From the NCBI RefSeq assembly GCF_006345805.1, contig NC_042998.1:2480001-2544000 (forward strand): DNA of 64,000 bases, written 5' to 3'. Every line of letters starts with the position of its first letter. Position 1 is the stretch's first letter. The notes beneath the pieces are model-generated. The model was not told the DNA's origin. It did not search any database and worked only from the letters and a program-made list of their open reading frames with translations. The stretch is from Octopus sinensis. Taxonomy: Eukaryota. The position numbers and the translations under genes were made by a program. Positions 1 through 12,699 of this stretch are shown piece after piece.

Positions 1-1290
1 CCTGCATCACTTTGAGGACATTTTGAGAGCTTTGGGGAGAGGGCTCCAACACCGATGTCATCTACCTTGATTTCAGTAAGGCCTTCGACAGGGTCGATCA
101 CAAGATCCTATTGAAAAAACTATCCAACATTGGTGTCTCTGGAAAAGTTACTGAAATGGATCAAGTGTTTCCTGACAGACAGATCTCAACATGTTGTAGT
201 TGAAGGGGTAAAATCAGCCCAGCCAAAGTCAGTAGTGGCGTTCCGCAAGGCACTGTGCTGGGCCCACTTCTTCATCATTTACATTAATGACTTAATGACA
301 TTAATGACATCATCAAGCACAGCAACATAAAAATCTTTGCATGACTCCAAGCTACAGAAGGTCATAATGAGGCGAGGCAGTGACCGGACATTCCTTCAGT
401 CAGATCTACTGGCTGTTATCCAATGGGCAGAAAAAAACAATATGCTGCTGACGAGGATAAATTTGAGCTAATCCACTTTGGAAAAGAGGATGCCCTGAAA
501 CTCCCATACTCCCTTCCTTCAGTTGAAACTCTAGCGGCGTCCAACAACATCAGAGACTTGGAGTAATTGTGGACAACAACATAAGCTGGGGCCACTCATA
601 TAAACACCAAAGTTGACATGGCCCGCAGAATGTGTTCCTGGATTCTCAGAACTTTCAGTCGATAGAGATCCACACCATTATCCTTCTCTTCTCCACTTTG
701 CCCGACCCCACCTTGAATACTGTTGTCCACGGGGTCTCCCCACACAATACAAGGTATCATAAAAGTTGAAGCACCTCAAAGGGCAATCACCAAAAAATAA
801 TAGCATGGCATACAGGCCTCGACTATTGGGGTCGACTAGAAAAGCTAAACTCTATTCTCTCCAACGTCGTCGTGAGCGCTACATCATCTGCATGATGTGG
901 AAAATATTCTATCAGCATTGCCCAAATAATGTTGGCATCACCTTTAAGGTACATCCAAGGCTTGGGCCCCGTGCCATCCGCCCAAAACAAAATCGCACTC
1001 TCATCTCATAACAACAATACGGCACAATTATTTCACCTCAATTGCCCCGCTCTCTTTAACATTACACACACAATCACATTAAAACAGAACTGACCCTATA
1101 GGGTTCAAGAAGTCCTTGGACAGATTCCTTCAAGAAATCCCGGATAACCCCCTACACCCGGATATGTCTCTGTAAACAATAACTCTCTACTTGAGTGGGC
1201 CATAGTGCCCAAATTCTGACTTGAAGACTTCACCAGGTGGTGCTATTAAGTTAGACATGGCCTGCGCCAATAATGCCGAAACCTATCAAA
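1..1290 (+). mobile_element. CR1/L2-group LINE, decayed RT and 3' end (runs off the left edge)
   Basis: Frameshifted RT motifs (YLDFSKAFDRVDH, KWIKCFLTDRSQ, IIYIND) and C-terminal LYSLQRRRERY; 3' UTR ends in (TA)n. Confidence 0.9.
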
Positions 1291-1413
1291 GTATATATAT
1301 ATATTATATATATATTATATATTATACATATATATACATACATATATTATATATATATATATATATAGTATATATATATATTATATATATATATATATGT
1401 TGTGTGTATGTGT

Positions 1414-1444
<31 letters not shown>

Positions 1445-1478
1445 GTAATATATACCTATACATATACATATATTATAT

Positions 1479-1511
<33 letters not shown>

Positions 1512-1525
1512 ATATATATATAATA
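1291..1525. repeat. (TA)n/(TG)n microsatellite
   Basis: Direct reading. Confidence 0.95.
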
Positions 1526-1985
1526 TAAATGAAGATGAATGAAAGATGGCGGCGAAGAGAAGATAGTGAGGTCAAATGCACCAAATCACAAAACTTTGCA
1601 GTAAGACAGCCATCTGCAGCACTGTTGTTGTTGGTGGTGGTTTCGTTGTCGTTGTTGTCGTTGTTGTTGTTCGTCTAATATGTTGCACTGAGATGATGAG
1701 AGGATCGGGTTTCTCTTAAGACACTGTCTGTTGGGCAGAGTGATTCAGAGTGAGGGCGGAGGAGTTTAAAGAGAGTGAAAGTGAGAGAAGAAAAGAAAGG
1801 AAGGAAGAGATTGTTTCCCTGTGTGTTAGTCTACATGAGACTTCGCCTGGGTGTTTCAGTGTCTGTATGGTGTGTGTGTGTGTGTGCTATATTGTTTCAC
1901 ATGTGTGTATGTATGAGAGAAAGAAAGCAAAAAGATCAAAGAAAAATTATTATTATATTATATGCGTGAGTACATAATATATACT

Positions 1986-2037
1986 AGATAGATAGATAGA
2001 TAGATAGATAGAAAGATAGATAGATAGATAGATAGAT

Positions 2038-2097
<60 letters not shown>

Positions 2098-2154
2098 AAG
2101 GGATAGATAGATAGATAGATAGATAGATATAGATAGATTAGATAGATAGATGAT
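1986..2154. repeat. (GATA)n microsatellite, 3' flank of Tx1-like copy 1
   Basis: Direct reading. Confidence 0.95.
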
Positions 2155-2156
2155 GA

Positions 2157-2906
2157 TATGTTTCTTTATTAGCCACACAGGGCTGCACACAGATGAAACA
2201 AATTACAAGGTAGAGCTTTTCTTTTGGGGGTAAAAAAAGGGAGTGGTGGTTTTCTATCAAAAGGGATCGTAAAAGGAAAGAAAGAGGACAAAAAAAAGGA
2301 GGGTTAATAAAAAAAAAAAAAAGGTGGGGGAAGAGCAAAAAAAAATTGATCAATAGGGATCGTTATCACAGAATGTCAATATGAAGTGTAAAGGGGGAGA
2401 ACAGGTGAGGTTTACCCGTGGAAAGAAAAGCCTACGGAAAAGACCACGGTAACCTCGGTCAATGAAGTCACATGTTATATTTCTTTTTTTTTTGCAAATA
2501 AGCAACTCTCTGTATTAATTTTTATGGTTCATAGAATCATAGTCAAGGTGGCTTCGTCATTCATACGTGCCATCCTTGCTACATTCACCCATCTTTTTTT
2601 AAAACTTCACTAGACAAAACTTGCCTCTCTACTCTCACTTTCCTATTCAAGTGATACTTGAAGAAGTTGATGAGAGATTGACCAGAGAGGAAAGTGTTTG
2701 TCTCTAATCCTTTCAGACGCGTCCACCAGATACATTCTTTCGTTCGCCATAGCCACAAGTATGATAAAAATAGCTCTTCCTTCCCGTTTAAAGGAAGGAG
2801 GCGTGACGATATTAACGATAGACTCGGCTGATAAACCGACTCGTCCCACACGTGACAGCAGTCGTTCGACATAAGCCCACAGGTCGGAAATTGCTGGACA
2901 CTGCAC
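2157..2906 (-). mobile_element. Tx1/L1-like LINE, 5'-truncated ORF2 C-terminus + 3' UTR (copy 1)
   Basis: Minus frames give QCPAISDLWAYVERLL...KECIWWTRLKG...FFKYHLNRKVRVER; AATAAA near the 3' end; homologous to 41421-42080. Confidence 0.8.
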
Positions 2907-3030
<124 letters not shown>

Positions 3031-3244
3031 TTCTCTGAGTGTGTAATATTGCAACTGTCACAAACTAACAACTCCTCTATAAATATCGTAGAAGCAAAAA
3101 ACAAAAGCGACTGCGCCATCAGTTTAAATTTCGACAAGAATCAGGAGTAGCCGTGTTGTTGTACGAACATTAAAACAAAAGAAAGGAAATATGAGATGGC
3201 AGACGCCATCATTGCTCTGTTTACTTTCTTAAGTAACTCTTTAC

Positions 3245-3445
3245 CCATAACATAACAATACCGCTATTAATAGATCGAAATGATTTACAGCTTAGGGTGA
3301 GTGAAGATGTAGGGGTAGGTGGTGAGGCAGGAAACTCGAAATTAAAACTTGTGGGTCGCAGACGTGGGGCACAGGAACCGAGCATTCGTAACCGAGAACT
3401 GGAATCTGAGACAGGGAAGCGATGAGCTGAGTTGGAAATAGGATT
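3245..3445 (-). CDS. Weak candidate exon (201 nt, phase 0-0)
   Basis: tttag acceptor and TGG/gtaaag donor; open frame NPISNSAHRF...RPTSFNFEFPASPPTPTSS; no family recognised. Confidence 0.15.
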
Positions 3446-3969
3446 CTAAATTGCCAAAAGTAATAACATGATGGTTTTGTGCAGACTCTGGGAATAGTTT
3501 AGTGTGTGAAAGTTAGTTGTAATGATTCCATTATTCATGGCATTCATTTATTGGGTACATTGGGGTGGATTTGCCAGATTTTCAGTTGTTTTCTATTCTG
3601 TAGAACGAGATTACGGATTTGATTAGGTGTCGGGCAACTAGCTAAAAGCTTGATGTTTCGTATCTTTGTTATGGACAGTGTGCAGACGCCATTGTCTGAA
3701 ACCTTCAGTTACCATGGTTCATTAAGCTGTTCTGGGAGGAGGAGGAGGAGGAGGAGGAGGAGGAGGAGAAGACGACGAGGACAGCGACAACAACAACAAC
3801 AACTCGTTTGTTTACGCTACTACAGCATAAACATGAACCTGAAGCTTGCTAACAAAAATGTAATCCTAATAATTCTTTTTTTGAAAAAAAGGGATCTCGA
3901 AGTACATATAGAACTATAAATAGTAGCATATAAATATTGGGTTGGAAAACCCTTTTTGCACAGAAAAAG

Positions 3970-4872
3970 TTGCAGGTTGCTCAGTAACCCATGGGCACAA
4001 AAAAAAACAATATGCAATTGAACGAAGAAAAATGTGAGCTCATCCACTTTGGAAACAATCATATACATTTCCGTCGGGAGACCTACTTGAACCGTCGGAT
4101 AATATCAGAGACTTAGGAGTAACTATCGACAGCAACCTTAGCTGGAGTGTGAACATCAACGAAAAAGTCGATGTTACCCGCAGAATGTGCTCATGGATCC
4201 TCAGAACTTTTCAATCTAGGGATCATGAAATCATCATTTTTCTCTTTTCCACATTCGCTAGGCCCCACCTCGCATACTGCTGCCCATTGTGGTCCCCTAC
4301 AAAAAAACAAAACATAATGAGGATCGAAGCACCACAAAGATCAATCACTAAAAAAATAAATGGCATGACGGGACTTGATTATTGGGCTCGACTTAAACAG
4401 CTGAAACTCTATTCTTTGCAACGCCACCGTGAGCGATACATTATTTGCACCATGTGGAAGATATTCCACCAATATTATCCAAATGATATCGGTATTATGT
4501 TTACAATCTACCCAAGACTTCTATCCCCCTGCAATGCGTCCCCTACAAAGGTCGAGATCACAGAACATAAGAACATTGCGACACAATTTCTTTACTGCAA
4601 ATGGTCCTACTCTTTTCAATGTTAGCCCGAAATAAATTAAAGTAGAAAAGACCCCGCAACTATCAAACGGTACCTGGACAAATTTCTCCAGGAAATACCG
4701 GATAAATCACCTACAACAGGATACGTCTCAACCAACAACAATACTCTGCTTGAGTGGTCCATGGTGTCCCGAAATAATCAACTAAAAGACTTTTCCAGGT
4801 GGTGCTAATCAGTTAGTCATGGCCTGGACCGATAAGGGCCGAAACCATCTAAGTTATCTAAGTTATCTAAGT
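3970..4872 (+). mobile_element. CR1/L2-group LINE 3' fragment (second subfamily)
   Basis: ORF 4149-4625 (RRMCSWILRTF...LYSLQRHRERY) resembles 1-1290; tail of (TTATCTAAG) repeats. Confidence 0.88.
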
Positions 4873-5150
4873 TGACCCACATCTCCTGTAGACAAGGCTT
4901 GGAACAAGATAGTCCTTTGAATCCATTTTAGAAATTTTATTCTTACCAGCCAGAATTGTATGCCTTTTACATCATAAGAATTTATAAACTTTCGAGAGAA
5001 CATGAAATAATTCTTATAAGGAACAGTGAGTCTCGAAGTACATAAACCTATAAATAATAATATGTTCATATTGGGTTGAAAAAAATTTGGGGTTAAAAAA
5101 CAGAAAAGTCAAAAATATTTTCTTTAATCATTTTTCATGGATAGCTTAAA

Positions 5151-5451
5151 TCTTTATATATAAAAGTAAGGTTGTGTGCTGTCTGTCTCCTACGATTTAG
5201 ATTCCTAACTACTCCCACATTTTGCGGTGCAGTTTAACCAAAACCGGGTATCTTATAGTCGTGATTCATATCGAGCCCTTCTGGGTATTAGCGCGCGTCT
5301 ACGATGATTATACGATTTTTAAAAAAAATTACCATCATTTTTTCCCATTTTTAATGCATTTTTTGCTATTATATAAGGGAAGTAACTCTCTAAAAATGCT
5401 TATATAGTTATTTCCCTTACAAACCCGAGCAACGCCGGGCGATACTGCTAG
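5151..5451 (+). mobile_element. Non-autonomous Helitron
   Basis: A/TC...CTAG/T ends, subterminal hairpin CCCGagcaacgcCGGG, no TSD; longer relative at 59192-59827. Confidence 0.85.
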
Positions 5452-5882
5452 TAAATTATAAAATTATTCCGAAGTACATAAAAAATCCACATTTTATACA
5501 GAAACACAGTAATTATATTTTCTTGTAAGGTGGACAGTTTTCATAATTTCTCGACGTGTACCTTCAAAATGATGGCATATATTACAAGCGTGCTATCATA
5601 TGGCAACCATTATCTAACCGTATAAATATATACATTTGACCATAGACCACCAAGAGAGCAGAAAGTATGAATTTATTTCAATAGCTGAAAAGATTGAGAC
5701 AAATTAGTTTTACTGAAAACGGTGTTCTTTTGTTGTCACTCCGTACCTGGTTTTGTTACTGTGCATGGACTGTATAGCCGGCCAGTGATTCAAAAATGGC
5801 TATGTATATCTAGCACATACACATACATATGTGTGTGTATATGTGTGTTTATATATATATATATGAAGAGGTTTATACATAC

Positions 5883-5917
<35 letters not shown>

Positions 5918-5919
5918 TA

Positions 5920-5959
<40 letters not shown>

Positions 5960-6043
5960 GCGTATTAAAGGAAATTACATATGCATATATAGAGAGGGAC
6001 AGATAGAGGAGAGAGAGGGGAGTGATAGCGAAAAAGAAAGAAT

Positions 6044-6108
<65 letters not shown>

Positions 6109-7245
6109 GTGGTGATGATAAGAAGATGAGTATGTAAGGGAATAAACCTATAGCTTTCTGTCTGAAGTATTAGATATTTTCACTCTTTATAGCAAACATG
6201 TCTCGTTTCCCTTCGTTTCTATTCCATTTTACATCATTGACTTTATCAGCGATTCAGGTCACTGTCTATTTCCGTTAGCCACCTTGACATCTAGTAATAA
6301 TATTATGTTGTACGAAATGAGTTAAGTTACTCCTGGTCGATAGTTTACTATGCTATCATATCTAATTCAACAGCTACGTTCGCTATAGAATTTCAACACC
6401 TTCTTCCATACAATACGATATTGCCTAGGTGAGCGTTTACCATATCTATTTCTTGATATATTATCTCGTTTAATAAGGAAAACGTCTATACTGTTTCAAA
6501 TTAAATCTCTTTATATCAGTAGGAACAGCCGCACAGCCGTACAGATGTGTACCTTGCTCTGGCGTAGGATCCAGATGCAAAAGCTCAACAACTCCAACGA
6601 AAGAAGATGTTCAGTCAGACAGCGTGAGAATATTGAAATATTGCGATATAAGCCACATAACAACCAATGTTGGGCAATAGGAAAATAGGGATTAGAGAAA
6701 TATTGAAGTAACATGAAGCTTTTACGAAAAAAAATAGAATCGAGTCTGTTCAATCCAGAAAGCTGTTTACAGAAATTATCTGATAACATTGCTATATCTA
6801 TTTGGTTCAGGTAGACAAGTTTATGTTCAACGAAAAGAGTAATTAAGCGATGACAAGGATGCCGAAATGCTAAATAGGGTTACCAATTTGCTAGAAATAA
6901 CAGCTAAATTTGCTTGAAATCGGTCCCTTCTAACTAATTTAACAAAAGGAAAAGACATCTTGGCTAATGTAGTCCTAAATACACTAAATTGGAATAAAAG
7001 ATGGAATGACTTCGATGTTAAGATGTTTACTTCGCAACAAGATGGCTTCTTGGTCAAGTGTCTTCGAGTTAACCAATGCCTGCGAGTGGAAGCCGGTAGA
7101 TGGAGACTTTAAGGAAGCTCATTCCATATAAATGTGGGGGGGGGGCTTGTGTATAATGATTTGCAATGGTGCCTCAATTTGCGCCTCTTTACATCAAAAA
7201 GTGACTATTGAAATCAGTACTGATAATGATAATGATCCTTTCTAC

Positions 7246-7450
7246 TAAATGCACAAAGCCTGAAATTTGGGGGGAGGGAACTAGTCGATTACATCGACCC
7301 CAGTGTTTCACTGGTACTTAATTTATCGATCTCGAATTAATGAAAGGCAAAGTCAACCTCGGCGGAATTTGAATTCAGAACATGAAGGCGGGTGAAATAC
7401 TCCTAAGCATTTCGTCCAGCGGGCTAACGATTCTGCCAGCTCGCCGCCTT
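7246..7450 (-). mobile_element. tRNA-derived SINE family A
   Basis: Head GGCGGCGAGCTGGCAGAATCGTTAGC, B-box-like GAATTCAAATTCC, conserved core; more than 15 related copies in the window. Confidence 0.9.
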
Positions 7451-7454
7451 CATA

Positions 7455-7465
7455 ATAATAAAATA

Positions 7466-7536
<71 letters not shown>

Positions 7537-7550
7537 CATTATTATAATAA
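7455..7550. repeat. (ATT)n microsatellite
   Basis: Direct reading. Confidence 0.95.
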
Positions 7551-7947
7551 AGGGTTTGATCCAGTAGCCATCTGGTCCCGGGGCCTTCAGTTGCTCATTT
7601 TTTTTGCTGATTTCCTTCACTTCTCTAACTGAAATGACAAGTTCTGCCTGTTTTGCACAGACTACTGTTTGTTTCAGTTCTTGCAACCATTCAGCATCCT
7701 TCTTGTGCTCCTTGTCTTTGCTCCAGATGTCACTCCAAAACCTTTGACTTTCATTGTTATCTGGTATCAACTTTTCATCTGTACATTCTCCATTTCTTTC
7801 TTTATAGAATCTCTTTTGATCTACTCTGAATAACCTATCTTGGTGGTAACCCTTCATTCTTTGGTCGTATCTTACCATCTTCGCTTTCTTTGCAACGAGG
7901 CGCTGTTTCAGTTCCTCCACTACTACTTTCAGGCCCTTTCTTTCTAC
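7551..7947 (-). mobile_element. R4/Dong-like non-LTR retrotransposon fragment, part 2
   Basis: KGLKVVVEELKQRLVAKKAK...RLFRVDQKRFY...FWSDIWS...KAPGPDG...YWIK, the pre-RT region typical of R4-like elements. Confidence 0.8.
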
Positions 7948-10097
7948 GCCCACGACTACTTCGCTGCCACGTAGAGTCTTCTCTGCAATTAATCTTGAAA
8001 TTCTAACCGAGGCTTCCGCGCTTCTGGACTGGTGATCCCTGATGACGTTGTCCTCAGTTGACGAACTATGGTCATCCCTCAAAGCATATGTAATCTGGTT
8101 GACTGACCAGGCAGTTCCCGTTGGGCTTCCAAGAAGAAGAAACCAAGCCCTGGGTGACGAAGAAGGTTAAACGAGAACTTCGACTCAGAGATATTGCTTG
8201 GGCTGAATTCAAAAATCTGGATTCGACTGCAGCTTTTGAGGTGTACAAAACTCAACGAGACCGAGCCGTGAAAATTGAAAAGGAAGAACGCTTCAGTTAT
8301 GAATACAAAATCGCGGCAAATGCCTGTAGCATTTGCCCATGTCCAACGGAATTCCCGCTTGAACAACCAGACTGCAACGTTGGTAGACTCAACAGGCGTA
8401 TCGATTGAGGACCCGTATCAACAGAGTCAATTATTTGCCGAGGCTTTTTCAACTATTTTCAAACAAGATGACGGTCGTGAACTCCCTCCATTTGATAGAT
8501 CGGTACCTCCAATACTTCGATTAGTCATCACGCGGGACGAAGTCAAACGTGTTATTCAAGGCCTCGATGTCAACAAGGGTCACGGCCCTGACGGCTTACA
8601 CCCACGGGTTATCAAAGCGTTGGCTCCGGTCATCTGCGAGCCCTTAACACGTCTATTCAATATGTCATTGGCGACAGGTGTTATACCTGCGACTGGAGAA
8701 CAGCGATAATCTGCCCAATTTTCAAGAAAGGGAGCCGCGAAAGACCCGCTTAACTACCGACCGGTTTCCCTTACATCAATAATCAGCAAGATGTTCGAAA
8801 CCATCCTTAAGAAAGTAATGATGCTCCACCTCCAAAACACAGCCTCCATCTCTGATTCCCACACGGCTTCGTGCCGAAGAGATCATGCTTGACCAACTTA
8901 CTGGTAATGGAAGAATTGGTGACGCGCATCCTCGATGATAGTGATGCTGTTTGACATCGTTTTATTGGACTTTGCCAAAGCTTTTGACTCGGTAAACCAC
9001 CGCCTATTACTTGTCAAGCTTCAAGCATATAGTTTCCATCCGGATATTGTACGTTGGGTTGGCGCCTTCCTCTCAGATCGCTCCTTCCAAGTCCAAGTTA
9101 ATGGTTCGCGGTCCGACTCTCCAGTGCGAGCAGTGGCGTGCCTCAAGGTTCATGCTTGGGCCTTATTGTTCTTAGTCTTCATAAATGACTTGCCCGACGA
9201 CCTCACGCAACACACCCTTCTATTTGCTGACGATGTCAAACTGGTCGCTCCTCGCGGTGATATAGAGGATCTTCGTCGATGCATCCACCAAATTTGGAGG
9301 TGGTCTAAAGAATGGGACCTGTGTCTGAACGTGTCAAAGTGCTGTCATCTGCCTGTTGGCTCTCCTCCTGCAACTCAACTTGATTTCGAGCCGGGTCGTC
9401 TGCTGCTGGAGAAGACCGATCAGGTAAAGGACTGGGTATCTTGGTGGATTCCTCCTTTTCGCCTTCGGCCCAGTGCGTCCATGCTGCCAACAAAGCACGC
9501 GGAATTCTGTTCTTGATTCGACGGTCATTCGGAATGCTCACAGCAGCCATATTCCTACCACTCCATGTCACGCTGGTGAGACCCATATTGGAGTACGGGA
9601 TTCAAGCCTCTTCTTATCTCCTCAAAGACATACAGCATCTCGAAAGAGTCCAGAAGCTGGCTACCCGCATGATTCATGGTCTCAAAATTTGTCCTATGAA
9701 GAAAGGCTGAGGACGCTCGACCTTATTCTCTAGAAAAACGCCGCCGCCGTAGTGATCTCATTCTCGCCCACAACATCATAAGCGGGAAGTGTAACCTCTC
9801 GAAAGAGCTGTTCTTCACTCCTGCTCCAGAGCGTCGCTGCGGGGTCATTCCGAAAAGCTCTACCTGCGACGATTTCATCTCAATCGAAGGAGAGGAGCTT
9901 TCTCCGTCCGGGTTGCGGATCCGTGGAACAAGCTGCCAGACGAGATGGTGAAGATCCGACGACCGCTTTGTTCAAAGCCTCCCTTGACCTCAAGTGGCCC
10001 GAACTCTTTACATGAACACCACCCTGTACTTAACTCCATGCCCCCCTACATGGCCTTGCTATTTGCTTTTGAGCCAAATTAACTAACTAACTAACAT
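7948..10097 (+). mobile_element. CR1/L2-group LINE, 5'-truncated, nested in the R4-like element
   Basis: KGHGPDGLHP, NYRPVSLTS, LLDFAKAFDSVNH, LFADDVKL, LERVQKLATRMI across frameshifts; (AACT)n tail. Confidence 0.92.
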
Positions 10098-10400
10098 ATT
10101 ATACTTCCTTTTCAGCGCCCTGTATTTTTGTTCGCTTTTAAGCTCCCTTTTTCTTTTCGGTCTAACACAGAAATTTCCTTCGAGAGATTGTCTAACCCTA
10201 CCTGGATTCTTCTTTGCCACCACGGATCTTTTCTTTTGTCACTCCCATTATATTTCTTTTTCTTGACATCAACACCCACCTTTTCTGCTACATCAATACT
10301 TGCTGCCTTAATCAAATTATTTGTTTCTAAGTACAACAATATTCTCCTAAACATCATTATTGGGAACACTTTAACATACATAATGCACTCCAGTACAAAA
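10098..10400 (-). mobile_element. R4/Dong-like fragment, part 1
   Basis: LETNNLIKAASIDVAEKVG...DPWWQRRI...KYRALKRKYN joins VERKGLKVV at 7947 once the nested LINE is removed. Confidence 0.78.
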
Positions 10401-10458
10401 ACCATAAAGATGTGACAGGAGATGACAAAACAGCTGATAATATTACACTGCAAATAAA

Positions 10459-10885
10459 GCGGCGAGCTGGCAGAATCGCTAGCACGCCGGGCAAAATGCT
10501 TAGCGGCATTTGGTCCGTCAGGCGTTAGCACGCCAGGCGAAATTCTAAGCGGTATTTCGTCTGCCGTTACGTTCTGAGTTCAAATTCCGCCGAGGTCGAC
10601 TTTGCCCTTCATCCTTTCGGGGTCGATAAATTAAGTACCAGTTACGCACTTTGGTCGATGTAATCGACTTAATCCGTTTGTCTGTACTTGTCCGTCCCCT
10701 CTGTGTTTAGCCCCTTCTGGGTAGTAAAGAAATAGGCATTTGGTCCGTCGTTACGTTCTGAGTTCAAATTCCGCCGAGGTCGACTTTGCTCTTCATACTT
10801 TCGAGGTCGATAAAATAAGTACCAGTTGAGTACTGGGGTCGATGTAACCGACCTAACTCCACCCTTAAAATTTGAAATCAACATT
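10459..10885 (+). mobile_element. SINE A with duplicated head and tandem ~185-bp internal unit
   Basis: Head followed by two core units joined at ...GTAAAGAAATAG/G(C/T)ATTT. Confidence 0.88.
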
Positions 10886-11204
10886 ACATTGCAAATAAAG
10901 TTCCTTTGCATCCTACACAATACACACCAAAACATCGAAATACTTCGGTAACTTGAATTACTAAGAGTAATAACTCTTCTTCAGATATCAAGTTCTTCTG
11001 TAACACTTAACTATCATAACTACGCAGCAAATAATCTCTCGATTCCCTTCCAATCGTCAGCCTATCAAAATCCCAACAAAACCCCACTTCAGAGAACAAA
11101 ATATAAACACTTTTATAAACTTTCAAAAAACAAAAGAGAAAAATAACCCGATGAAGCTATTTTCCCGAAGAAACTAAATTAGTTTCTACAACTTCAACAA
11201 GGCG

Positions 11205-11360
11205 CCATCGCTGTGAGCTTTGAGAAGTTCGCTTAGCAACCACGTGGTGCTTCGGTTCAGTGCCACTGTTCGGCATTCTAGACAAGAATCTTCTTCTAGG
11301 GGCCGGACCGACCGATGTCTTGTAAGTGAGTTTGATAGGCAGAAACTAGGTAGAGTCTCA

Positions 11361-11393
<33 letters not shown>

Positions 11394-11600
11394 ATGTGTG
11401 TGAACTATTTTGTGTTTATTCTTCACGACTTGACAACTGGCGTTGGTATGTTCAAGTCACCGTAACTTATCGGTTCATCAAAAAATGATAGAATAAGTAC
11501 CAGACGCAAAAATAAATACGATGGCAAATTTCTTTGACGAATCCAGTCATGGTGGCGCCTCAGCATAACCACAGGCTAACGACCGAAACCAGTTAAAGAG
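11205..11600 (+). mobile_element. SINE family C, diverged
   Basis: Homologous to 46134-46538, including the internal (GT)n. Confidence 0.7.
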
Positions 11601-11929
11601 TAAAAGATTAACATCACAAACCGCAACACATTCACTCTACGGGTTTCCAAAACCGCATGCCGCAGGCAACAGAAGTGAAATATAACCCAAATCGCACAAA
11701 ACGAAATTGTTAATCTAATAGAAATCAAGAACAGCAGAAATACAAAACATCGTCAGACAACTAAAGAAGAAAAAAACAAAGAAAATAAACAAACTACGGG
11801 AAAGAAACAAAACTGGCAACCATTTGAATCTATTATGAACTCCAAGCAACCAGTAAAATACTAAACAAAGCATCAGGAAATGAATAAGGAGCATCAACAA
11901 CTGGAACAGCAGTGACGTCTATTAGTTTC

Positions 11930-12139
11930 AGATTTTGGTACCAGACCAGCAACTTCGCGGGAGGGTGGGGTAAGTCGATTACATCGACTCCAGTGCATAA
12001 TTGGTACTTATTTTATCGACACTGAAAGGATGAAAGGCGAAGTCGACCGTGGTGGAATTTGAACTCAGAACGTAGAGACAGACGAAATGCTGCTAAGCAT
12101 TTTTCCGGAGTCTAACGATTCTGCCAGCTCGCCGCCTTT
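11930..12139 (-). mobile_element. SINE family A
   Basis: Head and core match the other copies. Confidence 0.88.
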
Positions 12140-12461
12140 AGCAGTCACACATATATATTAAAACATACTTGTTATGCATCCAGGAGTAAGTAAATTGAAA
12201 TATGAGATCCTTCCTGGAAATTAGTCACTAAAATCCACACAAAGAAATCAAAAACACAAACCACATGGTCTTTTCACCTAGATCAGCCACGGGCAAACTG
12301 CGGCCCATGGGCCATTATGAATGACATGCCTAATTTCAATAGGAAAGGTACCGCTTATTAAAATTAAATTGAATTTTTTTTTTTTTTTGTAGGGCTGCCC
12401 ACTTGATGATGATCCATGTCTCATGCGACCAGCTTCTTGAAAAATGTTGCTCATGCCTGAT

Positions 12462-12552
12462 CAACATTATCATCAGGAAGTGGGAGTAGTTAGGAATCTA
12501 AATCGTAGGAGACAGACAGCACGCAAGCTAACTTTTATATATAAAGATTTAA
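12462..12552 (-). mobile_element. Helitron 5' fragment
   Basis: Reverse complement of 5151-5240. Confidence 0.75.
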
Positions 12553-12699
12553 GCTCTATCAAATACCAGAATAAACAAATCCATAAACCCAAAAGTTTTA
12601 GGCCCCATTAAAAAATCACAATTATCTATTTAAAATAAATTAACCCTAGAGTAACCATTACATTTACCAACATCTTCAGCTACTAACACCAACTCTGCT

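Noticed and set aside
3895-5095. Diverged ~65-bp similarity between about 3895-3960 and 5030-5095
   Set aside because: Too short and AT-rich to interpret, and too diverged for a TSD
7450-8082. 210-aa ORF as a real protein
   Set aside because: It is a chimera of antisense LINE, R4 fragment and (ATT)n
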